Shown one piece after another: positions 36,893-50,100 of a stretch of DNA of 64,000 nucleotides; the stretch's first letter is position 1; every line of letters begins with the position of its first letter. The position numbers were made by a program, and so were the translations under genes. The stretch comes from Octopus vulgaris (taxonomy: Eukaryota), in NCBI GenBank assembly GCA_951406725.2, contig OX597819.1:73160001-73224000 (forward strand), written 5' to 3'. The notes beneath the pieces are model-generated. The model was given only the letters and a program-made list of their open reading frames with translations, was not told where the DNA came from and did no database searches.

Positions 36893-37577
36893 TGAAATCG
36901 AAATCGGAATCGAAACTGAACCAATCCTATGACTGGCACCCGGCAGATGCCAGGACCCCTGGACTGGTAAAAAGCACTATCCGAATCGTGGCTGATGCCA
37001 GCGCCGCCTCGACTGGCTTCCGTGCTGGTCAAACCGTCCAACCCATGCTAGCATGGAGAACGGACGTTAAACGATGATGATGATGATGATGATCTATATA
37101 TATATACATACATATATATACACACATGCATACATTCATACACACACATATTTAGATATGTGGGTATACTTTTGTGTATATATTTGAATATTAGAAAGCC
37201 TAGCTGTGAGAAAAATGTAAGAATGTAAATGTATTCCTTTTCTGTTTTCAATGTGTTATCGTTAAGACTCTGTGAGTTCCGAGTTCAAATCTCGGTCTCC
37301 TGTCATTGAAAAAAATGCGTTCTTCAATGACAAGGTTGGGAAGTCCTTAAGCAAATGTGCAGGAAATTTAGCTGGTCATTCTCCATGGTGACACACCAGC
37401 TGGCAGGGGAGAACGCAAAGGGAATTTTCAAGTCTTGAGAAGCAGAATTGATGTATGCATACATACTTGTATATGCACACTATATAAATATACACATATA
37501 CATATGTATTTATTATTTGTATATGCACACACACACACACATATATATGCATTATATATACACATACATACATACGT

Positions 37578-37610
<33 letters not shown>

Positions 37611-38293
37611 TATATAATATCATCATCATTATCATCATTATATAACGTCCACTTTTCATGTTGGCATGGGTTGGATGGTTTGACAAGAGCTGGCAAGCCC
37701 TATATATATATATATATATATATCAAAAAGGTAAAGAAATATCACAAGTGTAAATTTATATTAAAAAATAGAAAGAAATGCTTTGAGAGCTACATTACAT
37801 TCTTTTGTCTTAAAACACAAACTAACTACATTTCTATGCTAAATTCTCCAAGAACTAAAACAGACACACAAATATACACACCTAATTACAAAGTTTTACA
37901 TACTGAACTGAACTCTGAACAATATCCTCCACTTTCCTAAAACAGGTTGAATCTCCCATTACTTTTCAAATAACATCAAAAACAACTAAACCTAGTCACA
38001 CATCTGTTAACCAACTAGCCATTTTACATACTTATGTTTTCTTTTGTGGACCCTAAAAAATAACCTAAGACCTGAAGCTGACCCACCTGAATAGACATAT
38101 TAGATTACAAAGTTTCATACATATGACTGGACTCTGAGCAATAATACAACTATAACTTTATTCAATAAAAACTTCCTATAATATCTTTTCATCAGAACCT
38201 ACCCTATAACCTAACTGTCATTCAACACATCTCCACTTATTCTAGAAAAATGAAACTGAGTGACTATATAAAGCCAAGATGGACTCATTGTAT

Positions 38294-38335
38294 CAGTCCA
38301 ATGAAGGCTAGTAAGCCCAAATTTTGAAGTCACTG
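38294..38335 (+). ncRNA. Degenerate type I hammerhead-like motif
   Basis: CAGT-CCAATGA-A-GGCT-AGTA-AGCC-CAAA-TTTTGAAG-TC-ACTG: helices I and II intact, catalytic core mutated. Confidence 0.4.
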
Positions 38336-38369
38336 TCAACACTATAGTTGTAAATGAATAATATATATC

Positions 38370-38680
38370 AGTATATTAGGATACGGGCTAGTCACCCACA
38401 TAGTTAATTAGGTCATTCCAGAAGGCATAATACCCAGTGACTGGTGTAGCAGCATAATTGTTAGCTGCTACAAGGGTAAGGGTGATGCTTTAGATAGAAG
38501 CAATAATAGAGGCTTCAAACTGCTGAACCAGGTGATTAAAATTACAGAGACAGTTATAGCTCAATTAATTAGGTGCAGAATTAAACAAAATGCTATTCAA
38601 CTTTGTCTGGGGAGAAGCCCTTCTGACAAGATTTTCATAGTCAGGTAACTGCAAGAGAAGTACCTAGCTAAGAATAGTGA
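38370..38680 (+). mobile_element. RTE LINE internal RT fragment
   Basis: EGIIPSDWCSSIIVSCYKGKGDALDRSNNRGFKLLNQVIK..RQLQEKYLAK-like. Confidence 0.8.
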
Positions 38681-41384
38681 GGGAAAATGGTAAATGGATG
38701 CTGGCAGTCCCAAAGTCGGACAAATTCAGTTTCTAACTCGCTATCAAACCATTCCTTCTAATCATTCCAAAACAGACAGGTGCAGCTCTTAGCCTTGCCA
38801 GTTCCTGTCAAACCAGCCAATCCATACCAGCATGGAAAATGGACATTAAATGATGATGATGATGATGATTGTCATACCTCCCACACATACACACATCTAC
38901 ACAAATTTGATCTAGTTTTACTAATTTGATATTCTACATCTGTTATGTTGTTATGTTAAAAAAAAATATATTAATCACCAAAATCTGATTCTCTGAAAGC
39001 TCCTAAATCAAACTAAAAAAACATTAAGCTTTAAATGATAAAATGTATGCCCAAACCCTTTGAGACAGAAAGCTTAAATATTTTTAAAAAATCTGATAAT
39101 CTTTATTAGCTTTCCACAAATTCAGTAGTAAGTGACATGGCAGGTATGCTATGTTAGTGTTATATCATTTGTTTCTGAAAGATAATGTCAAACAAATCCA
39201 GGGAAATATTGACATATTATTGATTGTTAGGAAATAATCTGAGAATAAATTTCCTGTCAACAGTCAATGGGCTCAGGTGACAGTCGACACTATTCCAGCT
39301 AAAGTACTGCAGTAACTGGCCTATTAACAGCATGTATACATTAAGTATGATACGTAGATGACTATTTTAATTAAGTATTGTTTCAATTGCGTATACTGGA
39401 TTTTTATTCAACCAGGTGACTGTTTGTAACATCAGCGAATGTTTTTACATTTTCCCTATATCAAAGGCAATAGATGCATGCCTCAGCATGTGACTTGCTG
39501 CAAGTATGCATCACTAAAATGCATCTGGCACTCTTGCCAGTTTCTTCTTGGATGATTTTTATCTCTCTTTGATAGTTATTTTGTTTTCAATACAAAAAGG
39601 ACATAGGAAATATTATCTCAGGACAAATACTGCCATGGCTCTCCCATTGAGGGTGTGTATATGTTTAGTATGATACATAGATGACTATTTTGATTAAATA
39701 TTACCTCAATTGCATATACTGGATTTTTGTTTTGAATTACAGGTTTTAACTCCATGACAATGGGTTTTTATCAGGCAACTAGGTTGCACTAACGGTAATC
39801 ATCTCACCTGAGATCAGCAATTAGCACACAACAATGGTTTGGCGTATATTTACGTCAACTGCTTTAAAGCTTGCACTGTTTATTTATGTAAACTGTTCAT
39901 CACTATGAGGACTGTAAATTCAACAAGACTGGCATGGCTGGATGTGACTGTAAGTTCCGTGATAGACCAGAAGAATTTGCAGAACATGTGGGGTGCTAGA
40001 TTCCATTGTTTGAAAACATAAGGACACAGATTGTGTCATATAGCCAGCTGGAGACAATGTCTCCTGGGGCTAAATTACAGCAATATTCGTCCTAAACCAG
40101 GACTGCCATGTTATGTTGGTAAACAATCTTTACTACAAAGTACTGTTGCTGAATCTCACATTGTGAGATTTAAAAATGGATGAATTTGATTGGTCAGTCA
40201 TAATGGAAATGGTAGTGTAACCACCAGAACTGCTGCTTTTATGCTGTTATGGTGATAAAGTCTCGGACTGAGTTGGAAATATTTACATGAAGAGTCTAAC
40301 AAATCTATCAGATTCCTTGAAATTTGCAAGGTGGCCTCTATTATCGATTCTGTGAATGATAGCAGATATTTATATCAACTGGTAGACAAACAGACACAAA
40401 ACCTCAGCAGATAGGGCTGTGTATATTTTTGTCATCTGATTCAAAGCGAGTACACAGCACATGTAAATTTATATCAACCAATGTTATGGGTTTAATTCCC
40501 ATATGTTAATTCACCAGTGCCATGGGGTTATGTCTAAGTAATATTTTTTAAATGGGCTGGTTATGCGACACTGGTGTAGGCTATGGCTGTGATCTCACTT
40601 TCCTTGCTGGGTCTTCTCAATCACAGCATATCTCCGAAGGTCTCGGTCTTTTGTCATTGCCTCTGTGAGGCCCAATGTCTTCCTGGGTCTCTATGATCAA
40701 CATTGTAGATTGAGCAGGCAAACACCCTTATGATTGAGTTTTATGAATGTCTACTTCTGAGAGGAACAAGAAGGTTTTTCATGTTGAGCAAACGAGAAAT
40801 GAACAGCCTGCATTTGAAAGCAGTAACTGTTCCATGAAACCTCATCATCATCATTGCGATTGACATCACTGTGTGTCAACCTCACCATGCTATTGTCCTC
40901 ATTGTGATTATCTTCATTTTCATCACTATCTCTATCATCTTCAGAGTCATCATCACCTTCACCATAGCCATTGTTGTTGTCACCATCACCATTATCATAG
41001 TCATCACTGCTAGCACCACCGCCTTTACTGTTATCATCCTACTCCTCCTCCTCCCCCTCATCGTTGTCACCATCATCACTGTCATTCACAGAAGTATTTT
41101 AAATTTGTTTTTATGATGATGGAATGGGTTGGACATTTTTTTTCTGGGGCAATATTTTACGATCATCAAATACCCTTTCTATCACCAACCATTCTTGTCA
41201 TCTCTCACAACACACAAAGATGCTGTGGATTAATTCTAAAATTAGAATAAGCACTCTATACACCATCTGACGAAACATTGATGTAACACACAGACAATAT
41301 CTTTAGAAAAATCTATAGTAACTGCTGTGAGCTGTGTTTGAACTGATATAACAATGAGGTATTGAATTGATGATGTGGGAGAAT

Positions 41385-41760
41385 ATTCTTTTCTAATCTA
41401 GGCACAAGGCCCAAAATTTTTGGGGAGGGGGCTAGGTGATTAGATCAACCCCAGTATGCAACTAGTACTTAATTTATCAACCCTGAAAGGATGAAAGGCA
41501 AAGTTGACCTCGCCGGAATTTGAACTCAGAATGTAAAGACAGACAAAATACCGCTAAACATTTTGCCTGGCATGCTAAAGTTTCTGCCAGCTCACTGCCA
41601 TTAAATTATATTCTTTTCTACTCTAGGCACAAGGCCTGAAATTTTTGGGGATGGGGCCAGTTGATTAGATCGACCCCCAGTATGCAACTGGTACTTAATT
41701 TATCGACAAAATACCACTAAACATTTCACCCAGCGTGCTTATGTTTCTGCCAGCTCACCA
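41385..41760 (-). mobile_element. Two tandem MetaSINE-core SINEs (family B)
   Basis: GGTACTTAATTTATC..CCCTGAAAGGATGAAAGGCAAAGTTGACCTCG core. Confidence 0.85.
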
Positions 41761-42153
41761 GCTTAAATTTTATATTAATTAAATTATACTTATCTCCCTG
41801 GATCTTTTTTTAACTTTTTGAGTTTTGTTTCATTTAATCTTATTTTAAAGAAATTAATATTTTTCTTTTGAAAATTAGTATTCATTTCATTACATCATAT
41901 TAGCACCAAGAATTTCGATAAAAACTTAAATTATACTTATTGTATGTATGTTGTGTTTCCTGATATTAGCCATGGTGGCAAAAGTCTCCATCTAAAGTTT
42001 ACCTACCATCAAATGACAAGTAAAACTCAAGTCTTTTCATATTCTGCCACATCTATAAGGCAGCAAGCTGGCAGAATTGTTAGCACGCTGGGCAAAATGC
42101 TTAGCTGTATTTCATCTGTCTCTACGTTCTGAGTTCAAAGCTAACACCAGCAC

Positions 42154-42192
<39 letters not shown>

Positions 42193-44165
42193 TATATATA
42201 TATGTATATAATTACTTGTGAAGACCTACTGAGGCAAGTGAAATCAAATCAAAATTGCTGACATGGCCAATGACAGTACCGCCTGATTGGCATTCATAGC
42301 AGTGGAATGTTAAAAGCACATCCAAGTGTGATCGTTGCCAGTACCACTGGACTGGCTCCTATGCAGGTAGCTCGTAAAAAAACATCCCTTGAGCATGGTC
42401 ATTGCCAGAACCGCCTGACTGGCCCTCTGTGCTGGTGGATCGTAAAGGCATGCACTACACTCTCGGAGTGGTTGGCGTTAGGAAGGGCATCCAGCTGTAG
42501 AAACTTTGCCAGATCAGATTGAGTCTGGTGCAGCCTTCTGGCTCACCAGTTCTCAGTCAAACCATCCAACCCATGCCAGCATGGAAAGCGGATGTTAAAT
42601 GATGATGATGATGATGACATACACATATATTCCTCCTCCTTTTCAATCTATGATTCTTTCTTTCTCACTGTGTTTATTTAGTCATTGGTTGCCAAGTGCA
42701 CTCATCCTGCACCTCTTATGTTAACTCCTTCTATATCTCTCTTTTCTTCTCTCTCCATACAATGTAAAGTGTGACCAGAGAAATCAAGCAAGCAACCAGC
42801 CAACATTTATACAGGCAAATATTATGCAGACATTGGGAGCGATGGCCGTGTTGGTTTGGATTTGTAATATGAATGAATGACACAAGTTGTGTGAAAAATG
42901 TGTCATAGGTTAGTTTGAGAAAGATCTTATTGTATCGGTAAATCAAAGAAGATTAGAAGGAAAGTTCAGATCAATGTATTAGCATTGAATCTAATGGAGG
43001 AATTGAAACAAGATCAGAATACTTAGAGATATGTAAAAATATTTTAACGCAAGTCTGCAGAAAGATGCAGATATAGAGTCAAGGGATTATGATGTGATAT
43101 GATAAAAAGAGAAAGAAAGAAACCATTTCTGGTAAGTTAATACAGGATTAAGCTGTGTGAACTAATACTGTGTTGCAGAGTTAGCAAACCCATGCCGGCA
43201 TGAAAAACAGGATGTAAGACTAATATTAATGAAGATGATGATGATGATGACGGTGGTGATGGTGATGATGAGGACAATGGTGACACACTGACAAAATTGA
43301 CAAAGGCAACAACAATAAAACAATGTTGGCAACATTGCTATCACTGCCAACATCCTCCTCATCATGATTATTGCCGTTGTCATCATTATCATCATCATCA
43401 CCATTTGACTGTCCAAATCATGGAGCTGCACCAGGTTCCATAATCTGTTTTGGTATAGTTTCTATGGGTGGAAACCATTCGTAATGCAAGTCACTTTCCA
43501 AAGTGTTCTGGGTGCTTTTTATGTAGTATTATGAAAAAAAAAAATACAACATTAACCCCTATGATAGGTCCTTATTTTAACAACTGTTTTCAGTTTACAG
43601 TAAAACCAAAATTATTTATACCATGAAGAGAAAAAATATTAATTATTAATTAACATAATTTATTCCTCATAGAATAATTTTTGCCAAATTGTTGAGGAGG
43701 GATTTTTTCCCCCTTTTTTGTTTGTGTGTGGTGGACTGTTTCTTGCATTGAATATACGAACATTAACTCAACTATTGGTTCAATTTCTCTATGGCTGCAC
43801 CTAAAATTAACAATATTTAAATTAACTTCAATAAAATCTGTTATAGCCCAACTGGGAAGGTGAGTGCTGAAGCAAAAGTGTGCAGTGAGGATGATAGAAA
43901 CATCTGAAGAAAAGGGTTGCAACATCTCACTCAACAAAACTTGTACTGTATTGAGGAGTTTGGGCATTTATGTCAGTGGGTGACCCCAGACAGCTTTGCT
44001 GATGCTGTAGAAGGGGCTGAAACACCTGCAGAAATACTTCACCACCTGACAAGACATCAGTTCCTGCATTTGGAGATGGAACACAGCAATTAAATACTAG
44101 ATATGATGGTATCATCCAACCCCTTTTCCTGAATTTCTGCCTAAATCAAACAATTATTAATCATA

Positions 44166-45062
44166 AGGTGGTGAGCTGGCAGAATCATTAGCACGCTGGG
44201 CGAAATGCTTAGCAATATTTCCCCTGTTGCTGCGTTCTGGGTTCAAATTCTGCTGAGGTTGACTATGCCTTTCATCCTTTTGGGGGTGAATAAATTAAGT
44301 ACCAGTTGAGTACAGGGATCAATATAATCAACCCTTCCCCAAAAATTTCAGGCCTTGTGCCTATATTAGAAAGGATTATTATTATCATTATTATTGTTGT
44401 TGTTAAGGTGGTAAGCTGTGGGAATCATTAGCACATGAAGCAAAATGCTTAGTGGCATTTTGTCTGCATTTATGTTCTGAGTTCAAATTCAGCCAAGATT
44501 GACTTTGCCATTCATCCTTTTGGTGTCAACAAAATAAATACCAGTTAAGTACTGGGGTCAATGTAATCAGCTTAGCCCCTCCTCTGAAATTGCTGGCATT
44601 GTGCCAAAATTTGAAACCATTATTTTTATTATTATTAATCATAAGGTGACGAGCTGGCAGAATCGTTAGCACGCTGGGCGAAATGCTTAGTGGTATTTCG
44701 TCTGTCTCTATGTTCTGAGATCAAATTCTGCCAAGGTCAACTTTGCTTTCAGGGTCAATAAATTGAGTACCAGAGTCAGTGTAATTGACTACCCCATTCC
44801 CCTAAATTTCAGGCCTTGTGCCTATAGTAGAAAGGATTATTATTATTATTAATCATAAGGCGGTGAGCTGGCAGAAATGTTAGCACACTGGGCTTTGCGG
44901 TATTTCATCTATCTTTATGTTCTGTGTTCAAATTTCACCAAGGTCAGCTTGCTTTTGATCCTATTGGAGTTGATCAAATAAGTACCAGTTGATCACTGGG
45001 GTCAATGTAATTGATTTAACCCCTTCCCCAAAGTTGCTGGCCTTGTGCCAAAATTTGAAACC
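44166..45062 (+). mobile_element. Four head-to-tail MetaSINE-core SINEs separated by (TTA)n
   Basis: units starting AAGG(C/T)G(G/A)(T/C)(G/A)AGCTG at ~44166, 44406, 44645, 44859. Confidence 0.9.
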
Positions 45063-45625
45063 ATTATTATTATTGAGTAAGAGAGCAGCATATGCCATCA
45101 AAGTGACACTAAAGTACAAATATACGAAGCCTAGTATATCCATCATGACTACCCGTCTGATAAGGGCACACCAGGCACATGCATCACAACCATGTGTTCA
45201 CCACATGGTGATCTCATACCAAATTAACAGCACCATGACCATGCAAGTGGGGCCCAGTTAGAATTTTCTTCAGATCAAGTAGCCCATCCTGCTCAAAAGG
45301 TTTCTGAATAAGGGTTGCTTAAGGATGCTAAACGAAACATCCATGTTTCCAGAGGTGAATTATTCAAACCCCAAAGAATCTCTCTCAACACATGGCTATG
45401 ATGCTTCCCCACTACTTCTGCTCATGATCAGAGATGCACATACAGTCAAACACTAAGGGACATGCTCAACTGGTTAAGGTCAAACAACTGACAAGCAAAT
45501 CTGTGGTATTGAGCAAAACATTTGCTGTAGCCCATCTTTTACACCAAGACAAAACAATGTACATGATAACACTTCCAATCAGTTAAGATCAGAAGCCACG
45601 AGAGCCAGTGCAGGTATTGCATCAA
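45063..45625 (-). mobile_element. Family D repeat, reverse orientation, tail fused to (TTA)n
   Basis: reverse complement of 2631-3188. Confidence 0.8.
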
Positions 45626-45764
45626 GACAGGGGGAGTTGCACCAAGATGGAAAACACTAATTCTTTTACTTGCATCAGCCATTTGGCTGCAACCATGCTG
45701 GAGCACTGCATATTATTATTATTTACTATTTTCCACACACTAGAGTGGTGCCTGGCACAATTAA

Positions 45765-45985
45765 CCCTTTCGTTACCGTATTTATTTTGAGATGCTCTGT
45801 GTTTCTTTCAATTACTTTAAATATAAGAAAGAATTTAGTAAAATAACTTAGTTATCATTCAGCTAGTGTTAGGAACATAAATTGTGACTACAGTTTGGTG
45901 GAAGATTTTAATTCAAAACTTATAAAAACAAGACATTTGTACTACAAAGCCAGAGCCGGTTTCAGCTGGGTTGGTAACAAAAGGG
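45765..45985. mobile_element. piggyBac-type MITE with TTAA target-site duplication
   Basis: TTAA|CCCTTTCGTTACC...GGTAACAAAAGGG|TTAA; related ends at ~21292-21810 and ~55438. Confidence 0.85.
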
Positions 45986-46980
45986 TTAATAAAACCAAAG
46001 ACAAATGGATTTGTGTCAGTTTTGGTCTTTTCCGCTTGGAGTTCAAATTCTGCCAAAGTTGACTCAGCAAATCTAAATTGAACCCTTCTACCAAAATTTC
46101 CTGTTAATTTATGTTTCAAGCACCAACTTAATAATGGCAAAGTTATTTTCCTAAATTCCTCATAATTTTAGAAATTAAGAGATTCAAAGACACTCTTTTA
46201 AATGCATTTATACCAATTCTTTGTTTCAAAGAAAATCTGAATACATCTGTAGAAAACCTGGCATTTGTAGATTCTAAAGAAATGCTTAGTTCTTCCTCAT
46301 AACAATGTCTTTAGACTGAGTCCTACTGCCAAGCACTGTTAGAAATTCAAGTTACATTTCAAGACGAGAAACAAATGCTTCTTTATTAGAATTGATGTAT
46401 TTCATCAAGATAATATATCCTGCCCATTATTGCTAACACAATCCCATTTACTTAGTAAATTGTCGATCCTTTGGGTGTAAAATTATTCAGGTTTTGATGC
46501 AAAGAAACACTAGATAACATTTTCAACCATTTCACAATTTATTGTTTTCCCTCAATGTTGCAAGGATCTGAAAAAAAAAAAAAAATGATAGCCAGATAGT
46601 GCAAAGTCTGGTGAGGAAGATGAAGCAGAACTTCTATGTATTTAGTGTCATAATCTTTTCCTGGGTGACTCGAGCAATATGTAATCTTGCATTATCATGT
46701 CAGAGCAACGTCCCTTCAAGATTGATTAATGATGGGTGCTTTTAACAATATTTCTCCACATTAAGTATTTTGGAAATAATATATTTCTAAATCTCTCAAA
46801 GAGATTTATGCAGTAGCAGCATGATAAAGTGATAGCATGTTGCCAACTTAATGTGACAGTCCCATAAAAGGGAAGAATGCTACTGTTATTTAGCCCTAGG
46901 AAACATTTCCAGTTGGCCATGACACATTTTCTGTGTCCTTATGCTTTCAAAGGGGGAGATAAGCACCTCCATCCAGTATC

Positions 46981-47019
46981 CAGAGACTAGTTTCAGAGTC
47001 ATTGCTCATCATCAGTCTG
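46981..47019 (-). ncRNA. Minimal type I hammerhead ribozyme motif, inverted copy
   Basis: exact reverse complement of 47134-47172. Confidence 0.75.
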
Positions 47020-47133
47020 AAGTAGCATGGCTTGCTAGTTGTCAATGCCTATCCACCTTTGAATGTATTTCACTTGAAATATATATGTTTTCAAAGGTGA
47101 ATAGGCATTGACAGCTAGCAAGCTATGCTACTT

Positions 47134-47172
47134 CAGACTGATGATGAGCAATGACTCTGAAACTAGTCTCTG
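47134..47172 (+). ncRNA. Minimal type I hammerhead ribozyme motif (predicted cleavage GUC^ after 47168)
   Basis: CAGA-CTGATGA-TGAG-CAATGA-CTCT-GAAA-CTAG-TC-TCTG: intact core, 4-bp helix I, palindromic helix III (ACTAGT). Confidence 0.75.
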
Positions 47173-50100
47173 GTTGCTGGCTTAGCTGGGCGGAGGTGCT
47201 TGTCTCCACTTTGAAAACACGACACAGGAAATGTGTCAAGTCCAACAATAAATGGTGTTTCCTAGGGCTAAATAACCATAGCATTCTTCCCTTTCATGGG
47301 ACTGTCACATTAAGTATTTTGTTTAGCACTTCATAATAGATTACACCCTTCACATCCCATCAAACCCACAACATAACTGTTTTTTAGTGTATTCCTGGTT
47401 CAGGATGGATTCTTCATTTTCATTGGGTGCTAACCATTGTCATTTTCACAAGATATGATTATAGAGAATTGATATTTCATTGCTAATCAGGAAAGGCTCA
47501 GTAGCAATTCTTTAAACCGAGAAGCAGTCAGATGAAAGGGACCCATCAATCAAGTTGAGACATTTTTCTTAGTTGATGAAGGTATTTGATTAAAATGTGA
47601 CTTCAATTAAATTGTTTTGTTGACTCTTTTTGAGATTAAATATATTTTACCTGTCTTTAGTGCTCCCTTTTACTGTTGCCATTATAGCAGTATTACAATG
47701 TTAATAATAATCCTTGCTACTGCAGGCACAAGGCCTGAAATTTTGGGGAAGAAGGCTAGTGTATCACTGGTACCTATTTTATCCATATCAAAAGGATGAA
47801 AGGTAAAGTAGGTTTCAGCAGAATTTGAAAAGGTGGGCACTGTTAATCCATTAACGAAAAAGTTAAATTCGATAATCATTTAATTCTTTAAAAATGTAAC
47901 GGAAGTTATTTGATAAACTATTAACATTAATTTTTATTATAGAAAAAAAAACAATAAATCAGTTTTTGCTCTAAAACTACCTAAAGACACCTTTAAAAAG
48001 TGCCAAAACCATAAAATCTGTTTACTTTAATTCAATTGAAGTTACCTGATGTTGACTTGAGTTAACAGAAATTAATTAGTCCGAGAATGATTTCCAAAGT
48101 TAACTTATTAAAGTTAAATCATTAATGAAAATGTTAACTTCTTAAATTAATGGTTTGGTCCCTAGGTTTGATAATTTGAACTTGGAATGTAAAGACAGGT
48201 GAAATGTTACTAATCATTTTGTGAGGTATACTAGCAATTTCATCATCTTGCCACCTTAATACTAATAATAATGGTGATGCTAAAAATTATGATAAAAAAT
48301 AAATTACAATAATAATTTTTCTGATATTTTAAAAGGATTTCTTAAATCAAAATAACATTTACATTGAAAAGAAGGAAAACTGGTTCTGATGATTTGAAAG
48401 TTTGGTTTTTGTAATCAATTTCCAAATTATATAAATCTTCGTCCTGCCATTCTTACATATTCAATAAACCTATAATTTAACATTTTTACTCAGACATATT
48501 TAATCATTCAATCTGTTTGTAAGCATTAAAATACTACTCAAATACAAACAGAAAACAATGTTTTAAACAAAAATACATTTTTTAAAGAAGCTTTATTTGC
48601 AAAAAAAAAAAATTGACATGAACAAACAAAAAATAATGAAATGAGGTTGTTTTTAATTTCATCAGATTTTAAAAATAAAAGATAATCAATTTGGTGAGAT
48701 GCTGACATGGTTATGTGGTTAAGAAATTCATTTCATGACCATGTGGTTTTGGGTTCAGTCTCACAATGTGGCATGAAAGTCAAGCGATTTCTACTATAAC
48801 CCTGGATCAATCAAACCCTTTTGTGTGGATTTAGTAGACAGAAACTGAAAGAAGCCCATCGGATCATCATCATCACCACATGCGAGTGTGTGAATGAGTT
48901 TGTATTTTCTTCATTTACATGTCTGTTTGTCAGCTTATTGTAAACAATAGCCTTACTATTCCTACTGCTTGCTTGCAGCCCACCCCACTTGAAACCATGT
49001 CCAGCTTCCTGACATGTGTAATTGTTTATATTTTTTACCTGTTCAGTCATTAGACTGTGGCCATTCTGGGGCACTGTCTGGAAGAATTTTAGTTGAATGA
49101 ATCAACTCTGGGACTTGTTTTTTTTTATGAACCCTGGTACTTATTTTATCAGTTTCTTTTGCCAAACTGCTAGATTACAGGGACATAAACACACCAACAG
49201 TGTGGCAGATAAAAACACACATAGATGCATATACAAGTTTCTTTCAGTTTCTGTCTACCAAAACCACTCACAATGCTTTGGTCAGCCCAAGGCTAGTCAC
49301 ACAGTGGGACTGAACTTGGAACCAAGTGGTTGGAAAGTAAACTTCTTACCACACAACCACACCTGCACCCATGTAAACAAAAGGTTCATTCATACAGTAG
49401 TTTGTTTCAGGTTCTCTGCATAAGACATGTCCAGGAGAATTCTTACCTCAGCTGAAACATATAGGGGATGGCAAAAAAGAAAGGGATCCAGCTGTTGGAA
49501 AACTCTGACCCAACATACTCTCGTTTGATCCATGGAAAAGTAGATGTTAAAACAATGATGATGATGATGCCAGACAGCACATCTTCATCATAAACCCGTG
49601 GACATTTCAGTCTTTGAGTCGTAAAACTCATGACCGGTTACTCAGTTTCCCTTGTGTATAAGTGAGTGAGATCAGAACTTCCCACTGGAATGGTACGCCA
49701 GTCCACCATAGGGTTACTCACACACAGCTGATTGGCCAGGAGAAACATGAAATGTAGGGCGATGAGCTGGCAGAATCATTAGCATGCCGGGCGAAATGCT
49801 TAGCGGTATTTCGTCTGCCGCTACATTCTGAGTTCAAATTCCATTGAGGTTGACTTTGCCTTTTATCCTTTTGGGGTCAATTAAATAAGTATCAGTTACG
49901 CAATGGGGTCACTATAATCAACTTAATCTGTTTGTCTCCTCTGTGTGTAGCCCCTTGTGGGCAATAAAGAAATAAGGAACATAAAGTGTTTTGCACAAGA
50001 ACACAACACACTGTCCAGTCTGGGAGTTGAAACCATGATCTTGAGTACCACTTAGTCACATACCTAATGGTTAGCACAGCAATCTGTCAGTAGCTTAGTT

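Larger units (their letters stand above)
46846..47315. mobile_element. ~470-bp palindromic element (arms ~215 bp) carrying two inverted hammerhead ribozyme motifs; Penelope-like inverted pLTR
   Basis: ACTTAATGTGACAGTCCCAT.. vs ..ATGGGACTGTCACATTAAGT; arms complementary up to the centre at ~47060-47090. Confidence 0.85.
46150..47600 (-). pseudogene. Decayed mariner transposase interrupted by the hammerhead fold-back element
   Basis: minus strand SPDFALSGYHF (YSPDLAPSDYHLF-like) at ~46580-46615 and VMLWV*WDVKGVI at ~47340-47380. Confidence 0.65.

Noticed and set aside
42683-42715. Another hammerhead-like remnant (minus strand CAGGATGAGTGCACTTGGCAAC)
   Set aside because: Too many core mismatches to distinguish from chance
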